In this document: positions 54,216-64,000 of the stretch, piece by piece
How the letters are laid out: every line of letters begins with the position of its first letter
How positions within the stretch are numbered: position 1 is the first letter of the stretch
NCBI GenBank assembly: GCA_963676795.2
Contig: CAXXTB010000002.1
Span: 1,056,001-1,120,000, forward strand
Origin: Geopsychrobacteraceae bacterium
Lineage (GTDB): Bacteria > Desulfobacterota > Desulfuromonadia > Desulfuromonadales > Geopsychrobacteraceae
DNA length: 64,000 nucleotides
Reading direction: 5' to 3'
Notes under the pieces: generated by a model
Databases searched by the model: none
The model's input: only the letters and a program-made list of their open reading frames with translations
What the model was told of the DNA's origin: nothing
Position numbers and translations under genes: made by a program

Positions 54216-55376
54216 TTGAAAACGCTGTCAATCCTTGGTTCAACAGGGTCGATCGGGGTCAGTACCCTGGAGATCGTCGCTGCTTTTCCCGACAAATATC
54301 GCGTTGCGGCGCTGACCGCCGGGCGGAATATCGATCTGCTTCAACGTCAGATCGAACTGTTCCGACCTCAACTGGCGGCTGTGCTCAACGAAGCAGATGC
54401 GCAGCGTCTGCGCGAACGCATAGCTGATCCGGCTGTTGAAATTGTCTGCGGAGTTGCCGGCTTGGTCCGCTGTGCGACACTGGCTGACGCGGATATGCTG
54501 GTTGCTGCAGTTGTCGGTGCCGCCGGCCTGATTCCGACCTTGGCTGCAATCAGGGCAGGCAAAGACGTTGCTCTGGCCAACAAGGAAACCCTGGTTATGG
54601 CCGGTGAGTTGGTCATGCGCGAAGTTGCCAGTCGGCAGGTGCGGCTGTTGCCGATCGACAGCGAGCATTCGGCGATCTTTCAGGCACTGGCCGGGCAGCG
54701 TCGCGAGGATGTCCGGAAGCTCATCCTGACAGCCTCCGGAGGCCCTTTCCTTGACTGGGATATCAGCCGTTTCGATGCCATTACCCCTGCAGCCGCACTG
54801 GCTCATCCTAACTGGGATATGGGGCGCAAGATCTCTATCGATTCCGCCACCATGATGAACAAGGGGCTGGAGGTTATCGAAGCCTTCTGGTTGTTCGGTT
54901 TTTCGGGCGATATGATTGACGTTCTGGTTCATCCACAGAGTATCGTCCATTCGATGGTGGAGTATCGCGACGGTTCGGTCGTTGCGCAGCTGGGTGCGCC
55001 GGATATGAAGACGCCGATCGCCTACGCATTATCCTGGCCGGAGCGCCTCGATCTGCCTCTGCCGCCACTTGATTTGTGTCAGACCGCTCAATTATCATTT
55101 GCACATCCGGATACTCAGCGTTTCCCCTGCCTTGACCTGGCTTTTCAGGCCCTGAGGCAAGGCGGGACGGCTCCGGCTGTCCTCAATGCGGCCAATGAGG
55201 TTGCCGTCGAGGCTTTTTTGAACAGTCAGTTATCGTTTGTCGAGATTCCACATTTGATTGAAACAGTGTTGGAGTCTCACCGGCCTGAGCCATTGACGAC
55301 AGTCGAGCAGGTTCTGCAGATTGACTTGTGGGCACGTGCTGAAGCCAGGAACAGGCTCCAGGGAGGTTTTGCATGA
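54216..55376 (+). CDS. dxr: 1-deoxy-D-xylulose-5-phosphate reductoisomerase
   Basis: ILGSTGSIG, LANKETLV, PIDSEHSAIFQ, HPNWDMGRKISIDSATMMNKGLE. Confidence 0.97.
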   Translation: MKTLSILGSTGSIGVSTLEIVAAFPDKYRVAALTAGRNIDLLQRQIELFRPQLAAVLNEADAQRLRERIADPAVEIVCGVAGLVRCATLADADMLVAAVVGAAGLIPTLAAIRAGKDVALANKETLVMAGELVMREVASRQVRLLPIDSEHSAIFQALAGQRREDVRKLILTASGGPFLDWDISRFDAITPAAALAHPNWDMGRKISIDSATMMNKGLEVIEAFWLFGFSGDMIDVLVHPQSIVHSMVEYRDGSVVAQLGAPDMKTPIAYALSWPERLDLPLPPLDLCQTAQLSFAHPDTQRFPCLDLAFQALRQGGTAPAVLNAANEVAVEAFLNSQLSFVEIPHLIETVLESHRPEPLTTVEQVLQIDLWARAEARNRLQGGFA

Positions 55377-56710
55377 TTACAGTTGTTGCCGGCATTCTGA
55401 TGCTCGGTGTTCTGGTCTTCGTTCACGAACTGGGGCATTTCGTTGTTGCCAAGCTGTGTGGCGTCAAGGTCCTGAAGTTTTCCCTCGGTTTCGGACCGAA
55501 GATCGTTGCCAAGCAGTATGGTGAAACCACCTATCAGCTCAGTGTCATTCCGCTTGGCGGCTATGTGCAGATGCTCGGCGAGGGGAACGGCGATCAGGGG
55601 GAGGGCTCTGAGCCGGAAGCGGCTGAGGCGCAGAGGTCTTTTGCCAACAAGCCGCTTTCCAGACGGCTGGCGATTGTTGCAGCCGGGCCGATTACCAATC
55701 TTGTCTTCCCCCTGATTGTTCTGCCGATCTCCTTTATGATCGGTGTTCAGATGCCGACCTATCTCGAAAAACCGGCAATGGTCGGCTATGTCGTTCCTGA
55801 GTCTCCGGCCGCTGTGCACGGTTTTCTGGCAGGCGACCTGATCCTGCAGGTCAACCAGGAGCCGGTTGCCAGCTGGAACGAGACCAATAAAAGTTTCGTC
55901 AACGAAGCCGGTTCGGCTCTGATTTTCAGTATTGCACGGGCTGATGAGCGGATTGAGCTGACCCTTCCCAAGGATAATGACAGCCTCGAGGGCCTCCAGG
56001 CGCTGGGCGTGTTGCCGGAACAGGCGCCGAGGGTCGGTGCCCTGGCTCCGGGGATGCCGGCTTCGATTGCCGGCCTGCAGGCGGGCGATCTTATTCTGAG
56101 CGTTGGCGGGCAAGAGATCTTGTCTTGGTATCAACTCTCCGGGGTCATTCAGGACATCGGCGCGGTTGAGACCGAGGTGGTGATCGAGCGCAGCGGCCAG
56201 CGACTGAGGGTGCAGGTCAAGCCGGCTCAGTCAGATGGACAGGGGAACTATCTGCTCGGTATCGGTCCCCAGACCGAGGTGGTGACTCAGCGTTATGGGC
56301 TGGGGGCTGCCATCCGCCAGGGTGCTCAGCGAACCTGGGAGCTGATCGATCTGACGGTCGTCTTTGTCAAGAAGATGTTTACCGGCAGTGTTTCCGCCAA
56401 GAACGTCGGAGGCCCGATTACCGTTGTCCAGGTTGCGGGGCAGGCGGCCCAATCCGGGATTTCTGCAATTTTTTCCGTCCTGGCCTTTATTTCCATTCAG
56501 TTGGGCATCCTGAATCTGTTGCCAATTCCGATTCTGGATGGCGGTCATATCCTCTTCTATCTGATCGAGATCATCTTCCGCCGCCCGGTATCCTTCCGGG
56601 TCAGGGAGATCTCGCAGCAGGTCGGCATGGCTCTGCTGCTGTTACTGATGGTCCTGGCTTTTTATAACGATATCGACCGCATTGTCGGTTTTTCGAGGCT
56701 GTTTGGTTGA
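55373..56710 (+). CDS. rseP: RIP metalloprotease RseP
   Basis: HELGH, IPLGGYV, two PDZ domains, NLLPIPILDGGH. Confidence 0.96.
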   Translation: MITVVAGILMLGVLVFVHELGHFVVAKLCGVKVLKFSLGFGPKIVAKQYGETTYQLSVIPLGGYVQMLGEGNGDQGEGSEPEAAEAQRSFANKPLSRRLAIVAAGPITNLVFPLIVLPISFMIGVQMPTYLEKPAMVGYVVPESPAAVHGFLAGDLILQVNQEPVASWNETNKSFVNEAGSALIFSIARADERIELTLPKDNDSLEGLQALGVLPEQAPRVGALAPGMPASIAGLQAGDLILSVGGQEILSWYQLSGVIQDIGAVETEVVIERSGQRLRVQVKPAQSDGQGNYLLGIGPQTEVVTQRYGLGAAIRQGAQRTWELIDLTVVFVKKMFTGSVSAKNVGGPITVVQVAGQAAQSGISAIFSVLAFISIQLGILNLLPIPILDGGHILFYLIEIIFRRPVSFRVREISQQVGMALLLLLMVLAFYNDIDRIVGFSRLFG

Positions 56711-57435
56711 TGATGGCGAATGATTTACGCGTTCTGGCCCTTGATAGCTCGTCTCTGACCGGCAGTATCGCCCTCTGTCAGGGGGATGTTCTGGTTGCGG
56801 AATCGCTGTTGAATGTGCGCAGCACTCACAGTGAAAAGTTGCTTCAGCAGATCGACTTGCTGCTGGGTGAAGCTGGCTGGACTCTCGCTGACATCGACCT
56901 GTATGCGGTTGTTACGGGTCCAGGCTCCTTCACCGGGCTGCGTATCGGTCTGGCAACGGTCAATGGCCTGGCCCAGGTTCATGGCAGACCCGTTGTCGGT
57001 GTGACCTCGCTGGCGGCGGTGGCGATGAATCTGCCGTTGCTTGCAGATCCGTTCTGTGTCTTTCTGGATGCCCGCAAAAAAGAGGTCTATGCTCAGCTTT
57101 TTCAGTGGCGGGAGGGTCGGCTGACCGCTTTGGGTGAGCCGACGGTCTGTCCACCTCGGGACTTACTGGAGAGTCTGGATTTGCGCAGCGTCGCCCTTGT
57201 CGGCGATGGGGTGCGGCTCTACCGGTCACTGATCGACGAACAGCTTGGCGCGAGGGCTCAGATACCGCCTTCCTGCAGTCATCAGATCCGGGCTGCCAGT
57301 GCTGCCTGGCTGGCTCTGCTTGATTATGGTCAGAGAGGCGGAAAATGTATTGAAATTCCGCTTCCGACCTATGTCAGACCTTCAGATGCCGAGCTGAATT
57401 TGCACGCCAAGGCGAGTTGTTCTTCAGGGGGTTAA
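56707..57435 (+). CDS. tsaB: t6A37 biosynthesis protein TsaB
   Basis: LALDSS, HSEKLL, GPGSFTGLRIG, DARKKEVY, PTYVR. Confidence 0.93.
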   Translation: MMMANDLRVLALDSSSLTGSIALCQGDVLVAESLLNVRSTHSEKLLQQIDLLLGEAGWTLADIDLYAVVTGPGSFTGLRIGLATVNGLAQVHGRPVVGVTSLAAVAMNLPLLADPFCVFLDARKKEVYAQLFQWREGRLTALGEPTVCPPRDLLESLDLRSVALVGDGVRLYRSLIDEQLGARAQIPPSCSHQIRAASAAWLALLDYGQRGGKCIEIPLPTYVRPSDAELNLHAKASCSSGG

Positions 57436-57507
57436 TAGTTGACAATTCGGCTTCGATTTGGTTAATTGAAAGCGTCATTTTCACACATTCTTAAAGCGGA
57501 GGAGCCA

Positions 57508-57726
57508 ATGGAAATTGAACAGTCTCTGTTGCAGGACCTAATCGAAACAAATCCCCGTTTCCGCATGCTTTACGAAGAACACAGTATTTTTGAGAAACAG
57601 CTTGACGCGTATGAGAATAAGTCCTATCTCTCCCCTCAGGAAGAACTCGAAGTGTCTAAAGTGAAAAAATTGAAACTGGCCGGCCGTGACGAGATGGAAA
57701 GGATTGTGCAATCTGCTCATGCCTGA
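57508..57726 (+). CDS. DUF465/YdcH-like small coiled-coil protein
   Basis: FRMLYEEH...YLSPQEELE...KKLKLAGRDEM; GGAGG RBS. Confidence 0.75.
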   Translation: MEIEQSLLQDLIETNPRFRMLYEEHSIFEKQLDAYENKSYLSPQEELEVSKVKKLKLAGRDEMERIVQSAHA

Positions 57727-57746
57727 TCCCTGTCTTGACATGGGGT

Positions 57747-57800
57747 GAAAGATACAGCAAAGGGTTTAAGCTGCGGCTTAAACCCTTTGCTGTATCTTTC
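57747..57800. repeat. Long perfect inverted repeat (25-bp stem)
   Basis: GAAAGATACAGCAAAGGGTTTAAGC-tgcg-GCTTAAACCCTTTGCTGTATCTTTC. Confidence 0.9.
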
Positions 57801-57901
57801 TGTCCCTATCGAAGCACTGTCTGCCGGTGTTTATGATAGATGGCATGTAAGCAACTCTTTGAAACGGTAACTCAATCACACGAAATATATAGGAACTCAA
57901 G

Positions 57902-59599
57902 ATGGAATTAACCGGATCCCAGATCCTCCTCGAAGCGCTTAAGTGTGAAGGTGTTGAAACAATTTTCGGCTATCCGGGTGGCGCTGTCATCAATATCTAC
58001 GATGATCTGTATGACTGCTCTATCAATCATATTATGACCCGTCACGAACAGGCGGCCGTTCATGCTGCAGACGGTTATGCCCGGTGTACCGGAAAGGTGG
58101 GCGTCGCTCTTGCGACCAGCGGCCCTGGTGCGACCAACACGGTAACCGGTATTGCGACCGCTTATATGGATTCGATCCCGATGGTTATCATTACCGGTCA
58201 GGTGCCGACCCCGCTGATTGGCAATGACGCTTTTCAGGAGGCGGATATGTGCGGGATTACCCGTCCCTGCACCAAGCACAACTTCCTGGTCAAGGATGTG
58301 CGCGATCTGGCCAAAACCATCAAGGAAGCCTTTTATATCGCCCGGACCGGACGCCCGGGACCGGTTCTGGTCGATCTGCCGAAAGACGTACAGATCAGCA
58401 AGTGCAGGTTCGTTTATCCGGATACTGTCAGCCTGCGTGGCTATAAGCCGACCTACAGCGGCAATCCGCGTCAGATCGAAAAAGCTGCCAGGATGATGGC
58501 TCAGGCGCAGCGGCCGGTGCTCTATATCGGCGGCGGTATCAACCTGTCCGGAGCCAATGAGGAGCTGCGCAGGCTTGCCGAGATGACCAGAATTCCGGTG
58601 ACGACAACCCTGATGGCGATGTCGGCATTTCCCCAGCGGCACGAACTGGCGCTTGGTATGCTCGGTATGCATGGAACCTTTTATGCCAATATGTCGGTGA
58701 CAGAATGTGATCTGCTGATAGCCGTCGGCGCCCGTTTCGACGATCGTGTTACGGGTCGGATTGACTGTTTTGCCGACAAGGCAAAAATTATTCATGTCGA
58801 TATCGACCCGACAACGATTCGCAAGAACGTCGAAGTCGATCTGCCGATCGTCGGCGACCTGAAGGATGTGCTCGGCAAGCTTTGTCAATGCCTTGAGCAG
58901 GCACCGGATCAGTTGGAAGCGCTGCAGCAGACAACTGAAACCTGGCGTGCCACTATCGCAGGGTGGAAAGAGAGCCATCCAATGTCCTATCGTTCGACCA
59001 AGTCGATCATTAAGCCGCAGTATGTTATCGAAAAGCTGCGTGAACTGACTGATGATGACGCGATAATAACCACAGAGGTCGGTCAGCACCAGATGTGGAC
59101 CGCCCAGTTCTTCAGCTTCAGCCAGCCGCGGACCTTCCTGACCTCGGGTGGTCTGGGGACCATGGGCTTCGGCCTGCCGGCGGCACTTGGCGCCCAGGCT
59201 GCCTATCCGGAGCGGCAGGTTATCGATATTTCTGGTGACGGATCGTTTCAGATGAACTCTCAGGAACTCGCTACCCTGGTTCAGTACGGTCTGCCGGTCA
59301 AGATTGCCATTCTCAATAATAACTATCTGGGGATGGTGCGTCAGTGGCAGCAGTTGTTTTTCGACAAGCGCTACAGTCAGACTCCGATGGAGCTGCCGAT
59401 CGATTTCGTCAAGCTTGCTGAGGCCTACGGCGCTACCGGTCTGCAGGCAACCAAGGTCGAAGAGGTTGAAGAGGTGATCCGTAAGGCACTGGCAACGCCG
59501 GGTCCCGTACTGATGAACTTCAAGGTCGCCCGCGATGAAAATGTCATGCCGATGGTTCCTGCCGGCAAGGCGATTCATGAGATGGTTCTGGCATCCTGA
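57902..59599 (+). CDS. ilvB: Acetolactate synthase large subunit
   Basis: [58 protein letters not shown]. Confidence 0.97.
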   Translation: MELTGSQILLEALKCEGVETIFGYPGGAVINIYDDLYDCSINHIMTRHEQAAVHAADGYARCTGKVGVALATSGPGATNTVTGIATAYMDSIPMVIITGQVPTPLIGNDAFQEADMCGITRPCTKHNFLVKDVRDLAKTIKEAFYIARTGRPGPVLVDLPKDVQISKCRFVYPDTVSLRGYKPTYSGNPRQIEKAARMMAQAQRPVLYIGGGINLSGANEELRRLAEMTRIPVTTTLMAMSAFPQRHELALGMLGMHGTFYANMSVTECDLLIAVGARFDDRVTGRIDCFADKAKIIHVDIDPTTIRKNVEVDLPIVGDLKDVLGKLCQCLEQAPDQLEALQQTTETWRATIAGWKESHPMSYRSTKSIIKPQYVIEKLRELTDDDAIITTEVGQHQMWTAQFFSFSQPRTFLTSGGLGTMGFGLPAALGAQAAYPERQVIDISGDGSFQMNSQELATLVQYGLPVKIAILNNNYLGMVRQWQQLFFDKRYSQTPMELPIDFVKLAEAYGATGLQATKVEEVEEVIRKALATPGPVLMNFKVARDENVMPMVPAGKAIHEMVLAS

Positions 59600-59639
59600 T
59601 CTTTTTAATACGACCCGCTGTTGGGTTGGAGGCATTTAG

Positions 59640-60128
59640 ATGAAACACACGATTTCTGTTCTTGTTGAAAATGAATTCGGCGCCCTGTCACGTATCTCCG
59701 GGCTGTTTTCCGGGCGGGGCTTCAATATCGAGAGTCTCTCCGTGGCTCCGACGCTCGATCCGGAAGTCTCCCGCATGACGATTGTCACCAGGGGGGATGA
59801 CCGGATTCTGGAGCAGATCACCAAGCAGCTCAACAAGCTGATTTCAACGATCAAGGTTGTTGATTTTACCGGAGAAGATTTCCTCGAACGGGAGCTGGCG
59901 CTGATCAAGGTATCGACAGATGCCGAGAACCGTGCTGAAGCACTGAGGATTGTCGACATTTTCAGGGCCAAGGTCGTTGATGTGACACCGAAGTCCTATA
60001 CCATCGAGATTACCGGCGCTCCGGCCAAGGTCGACGGCATTATCGAGCTGCTGCGTCCAATGGGAATCAAGGAGATTGTTCGTTCCGGCCCGATTGCTAT
60101 CGGTCGTGCCAAGACTGTCGCTGGTTAA
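59640..60128 (+). CDS. ilvN: Acetolactate synthase small subunit
   Basis: ISVLVENEFGALSRISGLFSGRGFNIESL ACT domain, EQITKQLNKL. Confidence 0.96.
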   Translation: MKHTISVLVENEFGALSRISGLFSGRGFNIESLSVAPTLDPEVSRMTIVTRGDDRILEQITKQLNKLISTIKVVDFTGEDFLERELALIKVSTDAENRAEALRIVDIFRAKVVDVTPKSYTIEITGAPAKVDGIIELLRPMGIKEIVRSGPIAIGRAKTVAG

Positions 60129-60156
60129 TGCAACCTTTACCCGAAAGAGTTCCGCA

Positions 60157-60801
60157 ATGAAAAATCAGAACCAACCCATTGCCCTGGAAGGCTACCCCTT
60201 CATCGGCCTGTTCGCCTTCATTACGCTGGTTTTTGCACTGCTGGGATGGACCCTTCTGACCATTCTCCTGCTGGCGCTGACATTGTTCAGTGTCTACTTT
60301 TTCCGCAACCCGGAGCGCGTCGTTCCGGCCGGAGACAAGCTGGTCGTTGCCCCGGCTGATGGCAAGGTGATTTTCGTCGGTGAGGTCGATGAGGATCGCT
60401 ACTTCAATGAGCGGGTCACCAAGGTCAGTATTTTTATGTCGGTTTTCAACGTTCACGTCAACCGGGTCCCCTGCTCGGGCAAGGTTGTAGATATGTTCTA
60501 CAACAAGGGGCAGTTCGTCAATGCCTCCTATGACAAGGCGAGCAAGGTCAATGAGCAGTCGGGCATCCTGCTCGAAGCTGAGAACGGAGAGCAGATTCTT
60601 TTCGTTCAGATCGCCGGCCTGATCGCACGGCGGATTGTCACCTATCCTGTCATCGGTGATCTGCTGAAACGCGGTGAGCGTTACGGGCTGATCCGTTTCG
60701 GCTCGCGCGTAGATCTCTATTTCCCCAAGACCGTTGATGTTGCCGTAACCCTCGGTGAGCATACTGTCGCCGGCGAAACGGTTATAGGGACGCTATCGTG
60801 A
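60157..60801 (+). CDS. psd: Phosphatidylserine decarboxylase (proenzyme)
   Basis: FFRNPER, APADGKV, IFMSVFNVHVNR, QIAGLIARRI, IRFGSRVD self-cleavage motif. Confidence 0.93.
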   Translation: MKNQNQPIALEGYPFIGLFAFITLVFALLGWTLLTILLLALTLFSVYFFRNPERVVPAGDKLVVAPADGKVIFVGEVDEDRYFNERVTKVSIFMSVFNVHVNRVPCSGKVVDMFYNKGQFVNASYDKASKVNEQSGILLEAENGEQILFVQIAGLIARRIVTYPVIGDLLKRGERYGLIRFGSRVDLYFPKTVDVAVTLGEHTVAGETVIGTLS

Positions 60802-61604
60802 TCGATGATACTTCGAAAACTGAAAAACGCGAAAATTTGCGCAAGGGTGTCTATATCCTGCCCAACTTGATTACTGCCTGCGGCCTGTTTTCAGGTTTTT
60901 ATGTCATTATTGCCGCGACGGACGGTAATTTTCTGCGCGCAGCCTGGTTTATTCTGCTGGCCGCTATTTTCGATGGCATGGATGGCAAGGTTGCCCGTCT
61001 GACCGGGACCTCAAGCAAGTTCGGTGTGGAGCTGGACTCCCTCGCTGACGTCATTGCCTTTGGTGTGGCGCCGGGTGTGCTGCTCTATGTCTGGGCTCTG
61101 CGCCCCTTCGGTAAGCTCGGCTGGCTGGCGGCCTTTATCTACGTTATCTGTGGGGCGCTGCGCCTGGCCCGCTTTAACGTCCAGGTGGCAACGGTTGAGT
61201 CGCGGCGTTTTGTCGGCATGCCGATCCCCGGGGCCGCCTGTATTGTCGCCACCTGCGTTTTGTTGTTTTACGAGCTTGGCGGAACGGGCACTATCAAGAA
61301 GTTCTCGATGGTCGTGCTGGTCTTCCTGCTTGCTTTCCTGATGGTCAGCAATGTCAAGTATTTTTCCCTTAAAGATCCGGAGCTGTTCAAGCGTCAGCCG
61401 TTCATTATGCTGGTTCTGGCGATCGTTCTGCTAATCGTAATTGTCGCCAAGCCGGAGGTGGTGCTGTTTCTGATCGGTATGGCGTATCTGGTGTCGGGGC
61501 CGATCATGTATCTGTTTGATTTGCGTAAACGCCAACGCAGGCGCAAGGATCCGACGGATAAGGAACCGCCGTCGGCGGCGCAGCAACCAGATAAAATGAC
61601 TTGA
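60798..61604 (+). CDS. pssA: CDP-diacylglycerol--serine O-phosphatidyltransferase
   Basis: LPNLIT, DGMDGKVAR...S.FG.ELDSLAD, LRLARFN, FVGMPIP. Confidence 0.94.
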   Translation: MIDDTSKTEKRENLRKGVYILPNLITACGLFSGFYVIIAATDGNFLRAAWFILLAAIFDGMDGKVARLTGTSSKFGVELDSLADVIAFGVAPGVLLYVWALRPFGKLGWLAAFIYVICGALRLARFNVQVATVESRRFVGMPIPGAACIVATCVLLFYELGGTGTIKKFSMVVLVFLLAFLMVSNVKYFSLKDPELFKRQPFIMLVLAIVLLIVIVAKPEVVLFLIGMAYLVSGPIMYLFDLRKRQRRRKDPTDKEPPSAAQQPDKMT

Positions 61605-61644
61605 CTTGGCGGGGCGAATTAGGGTTCTATCACTTTGTTGTGCA

Positions 61645-61886
61645 AATGCGATGAAGAGGAGTAGTAGGTGTTTCCTTCCGTTTCAGAGAGCCGGTGGTTG
61701 CTGCAAACCGGTACGGAAGACCGCTGAACTCGCCTTGGAGCAGCAGTGAATGAAGCCTTTGGTTAGTTCCTGTCGTGAGCCTGCGTAAAGGGCTAAACAA
61801 GGTTTGCGGCTCAGGCTGCGAACAAATCAGGGTGGTACCGCGAAGTGAAGCTCTCGCCCCTGTCTGACAGGGGGAGGGCTTTTTTA
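61645..61886 (+). ncRNA. Leucine T-box riboswitch
   Basis: Stem I GCGATGAAGAGGAGTAGTA...AGAGAGCCGGTGGTTGCTGCAAACCGG...GAA-CTC-GCC (specifier CUC=Leu, 61729-61731); T-box AATCAGGGTGGTACCGCG (61825-61842); terminator 61849-61885. Confidence 0.93.
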
Positions 61887-62016
61887 TTATCTCGAAGACG
61901 AAAGGGGGTGGTTCTGAAGTGGAATCCGACCTGGGTGAGCTAGAAAACGGAACAACGTGGAGAAACCTCGAACTGCCCCGAACAAAATGATGGGCTGCTG
62001 AACAAAGGAGTCTGAC

Positions 62017-63561
62017 ATGAGTCAAACAGACAGAGTTATTATTTTTGACACCACCTTGCGTGACGGAGAGCAATCTCCGGGCGCCAGTATGAATATCGAA
62101 GAAAAGTTGCGCATTGCTCATCAGCTGGAGCGGCTGAATGTCGATGTCATTGAGGCCGGTTTTCCGATCGCCTCCGATGGTGACTTCGAAGCTGTCAGGC
62201 GGATTGCCCAGGAGATCAAGGGGCCGGTCATCGCCGGACTTTCCCGGGCCGGCGAAAAGGATATCGATCGTGCCTGGCAGGCGTTGAAGTATGCCGGTGA
62301 GCGCAGTCGTATTCATACCTTCATCGCGACCAGCGACATCCATATGCAGTACAAGCTGAAGATGAGCGAGGAGCAGGTTTTTTCTACGGCGATCGCCGCG
62401 GTGAAAAGAGCGAAAAGTTATACCGACAATGTTGAATTCTCAGCCGAGGATGCGACCCGCACTCGCCTGCCGTTTCTGGCCAGAATTGTCGAAGCGGTCA
62501 TTGAGGCCGGAGCGACGACGGTCAATATTCCAGATACCGTCGGTTATACGATTCCGTCCGAGTATTTCAATATTATCAGCTACCTGAAGCAGAACGTGAG
62601 CAATATCGACAAGGCGATCATCTCGGTCCATTGTCACGACGACCTCGGACTGGCTGTCGCCAATTCGCTGGCTGCCATTCAGGCTGGAGCGCGTCAGGTC
62701 GAATGTACCATCAACGGAATCGGTGAGCGAGCCGGCAACTGCTCCCTTGAAGAGATTGTCATGGGCTTACGCACCCGTCACGATATTCTGCCCTATACGA
62801 CCGGGGTCGTCACTGAGCAGATTACCCCGTCGAGCAAGTTGTTGTCGACCATCACTGGCCTTCTCGTACAACCGAATAAGGCGATCGTCGGTGCCAACGC
62901 CTTCGCTCACGAGTCGGGAATCCATCAGCACGGGATGCTGATGGAAAAATCGACCTACGAGATCATGACCCCGGAATCGGTCGGCCTGCAGCAGACCAAG
63001 CTGGTGCTTGGCAAACACTCCGGCCGCCACGCTTTTATTGACAGAATCAAGCAGCTCGGTTATGACCTGTCTGCCGAAGAAACAGAAAAGGCTTTCGTCC
63101 GTTTCAAGTCCCTTGCTGATATCAAGAAGGATATTTACGACGAAGATATTGATGCCATCGTCGCTGATGAGGTGCTGAGGGTTCCGGAAACCTACAAGCT
63201 GATTCAGATGAATGTCAGCTCCGGCTCTTTTGCCGCGCCGACGGCGACGGTTGAGATGGAGATCGGTGGCAAGGTCAAAAAGACAGCCGTAATGGGTGAT
63301 GGACCGGTCGATGCAACCTTCAAGGCGATCAAGAAGCTGACCAAAAGTACCGCGCCGTTGCTGACCTTTACCGTCGGCGCGATCACCGGCGGTACCGACG
63401 CGCAGGGGGAATGTACCGTACGCCTGCAGTGTGAGGATGGCAGTGAAGTGCTCGGTCAGGGAGCCCATCCGGACATCATTGTGGCCAGTGCCAAGGCCTA
63501 TATCAATGCATTGAACAGGATTGCCAACCGTATCCAGCGAACTGATATGGTTACGCCTTAG
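62017..63561 (+). CDS. leuA: 2-isopropylmalate synthase
   Basis: IFDTTLRDGEQSPG, HCHDDLGLAVANS, NGIGERAGNC, NKAIVGANAFAHESGIHQ, regulatory domain GDGPVDA. Confidence 0.97.
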   Translation: MSQTDRVIIFDTTLRDGEQSPGASMNIEEKLRIAHQLERLNVDVIEAGFPIASDGDFEAVRRIAQEIKGPVIAGLSRAGEKDIDRAWQALKYAGERSRIHTFIATSDIHMQYKLKMSEEQVFSTAIAAVKRAKSYTDNVEFSAEDATRTRLPFLARIVEAVIEAGATTVNIPDTVGYTIPSEYFNIISYLKQNVSNIDKAIISVHCHDDLGLAVANSLAAIQAGARQVECTINGIGERAGNCSLEEIVMGLRTRHDILPYTTGVVTEQITPSSKLLSTITGLLVQPNKAIVGANAFAHESGIHQHGMLMEKSTYEIMTPESVGLQQTKLVLGKHSGRHAFIDRIKQLGYDLSAEETEKAFVRFKSLADIKKDIYDEDIDAIVADEVLRVPETYKLIQMNVSSGSFAAPTATVEMEIGGKVKKTAVMGDGPVDATFKAIKKLTKSTAPLLTFTVGAITGGTDAQGECTVRLQCEDGSEVLGQGAHPDIIVASAKAYINALNRIANRIQRTDMVTP

Positions 63562-63599
63562 AAATGCGACTACATAGAGAAGAGTGAAAAGGAGTTTTC

Positions 63600-64000
63600 A
63601 TGGGAAAGACATTAGCTGAAAAGATATTTGACAGCCATCTCCGCGATGAGCCGTTTCCAGGGGCCAAGGTTCTCAATATTGACCGCGTCCTCTGTCATGA
63701 AATAACCACCCCGGTTGCCCTGTCGGACCTGGTCTGGCGCAACAAGGACCGGGTTTTCGATCCGGAGAAAATCAAGGTCGTTATCGACCACGTAACCCCG
63801 GCCAAGGACAGCAAAACCGCGATTCAGGGCAAGATCCTGCGCGACTGGTGCCGTCGTCACGAAATTCCCGATTTCTTCGATGTCGGCCGTAACGGTGTCT
63901 GCCATGCGTTGTTTCCTGAGAAGGGTTTTATCCGTCCGGGTTTCACCGTCATCATGGGTGACAGCCATACCTGTACTCACGGGGCTTTCGGGGCTTTTGC
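63600..64000 (+). CDS. leuC: 3-isopropylmalate dehydratase large subunit (runs off the window)
   Basis: MGKTLAEKIF...LCHEITTP...VIDHVTPAKD...GVCHALFPEKG...GDSHTCTHGAFGAF; AAGGAG RBS. Confidence 0.92.
   Translation, partial: MGKTLAEKIFDSHLRDEPFPGAKVLNIDRVLCHEITTPVALSDLVWRNKDRVFDPEKIKVVIDHVTPAKDSKTAIQGKILRDWCRRHEIPDFFDVGRNGVCHALFPEKGFIRPGFTVIMGDSHTCTHGAFGAF

Overview
64-kb chromosomal window, most likely from a Desulfuromonadales-type deltaproteobacterium. This is inferred from the Geobacter-like gene order lptGF / rpsB-tsf-pyrH-frr-uppS-cdsA-dxr-rseP-tsaB-ilvBN-psd-pssA-leuA-leuC, a PEP-CTERM gene, a GEMM riboswitch and a Leu T-box. The left part (1-26.5 kb) is accessory-rich. It holds nifU-nifS plus a BCAM0308-family gene, a six-gene NosL/NosL/ABC/Cys-rich membrane protein cluster with no nosZ in the window, MscS, YajD-type HNH, rubrerythrin and an acyl-CoA dehydrogenase. 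It also holds a gamma-type ilvC/ilvY pair, a CxxU selenoprotein missed by the ORF track, a DnaQ-like exonuclease, a sigma54-driven vWA PEP-CTERM protein, a WYL regulator with a candidate target promoter, a c-di-GMP-I riboswitch ahead of a large Ig/FN3 adhesin and lipoprotein, DUF3422 and guaC. The right part is mostly housekeeping (dnaE, accA, rlpA, csp, MoxR-DUF58-transglutaminase, tgt, eno, ilvD, ahcY, a hybrid kinase, translation/lipid/BCAA genes). It also contains a solitary Cas6-like gene with no CRISPR array or other cas genes in the window. Best candidates for undescribed systems: the orphan Cas6-like locus, the NosZ-less NosL-ABC metal-handling cluster, the WYL-to-small-protein module, and a small transcript or leader peptide with phased TAAC repeats behind ilvC. 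No rRNA, tRNA, CRISPR array or transposase was recognised. All family calls come from motif recognition by eye; no database searches were run.
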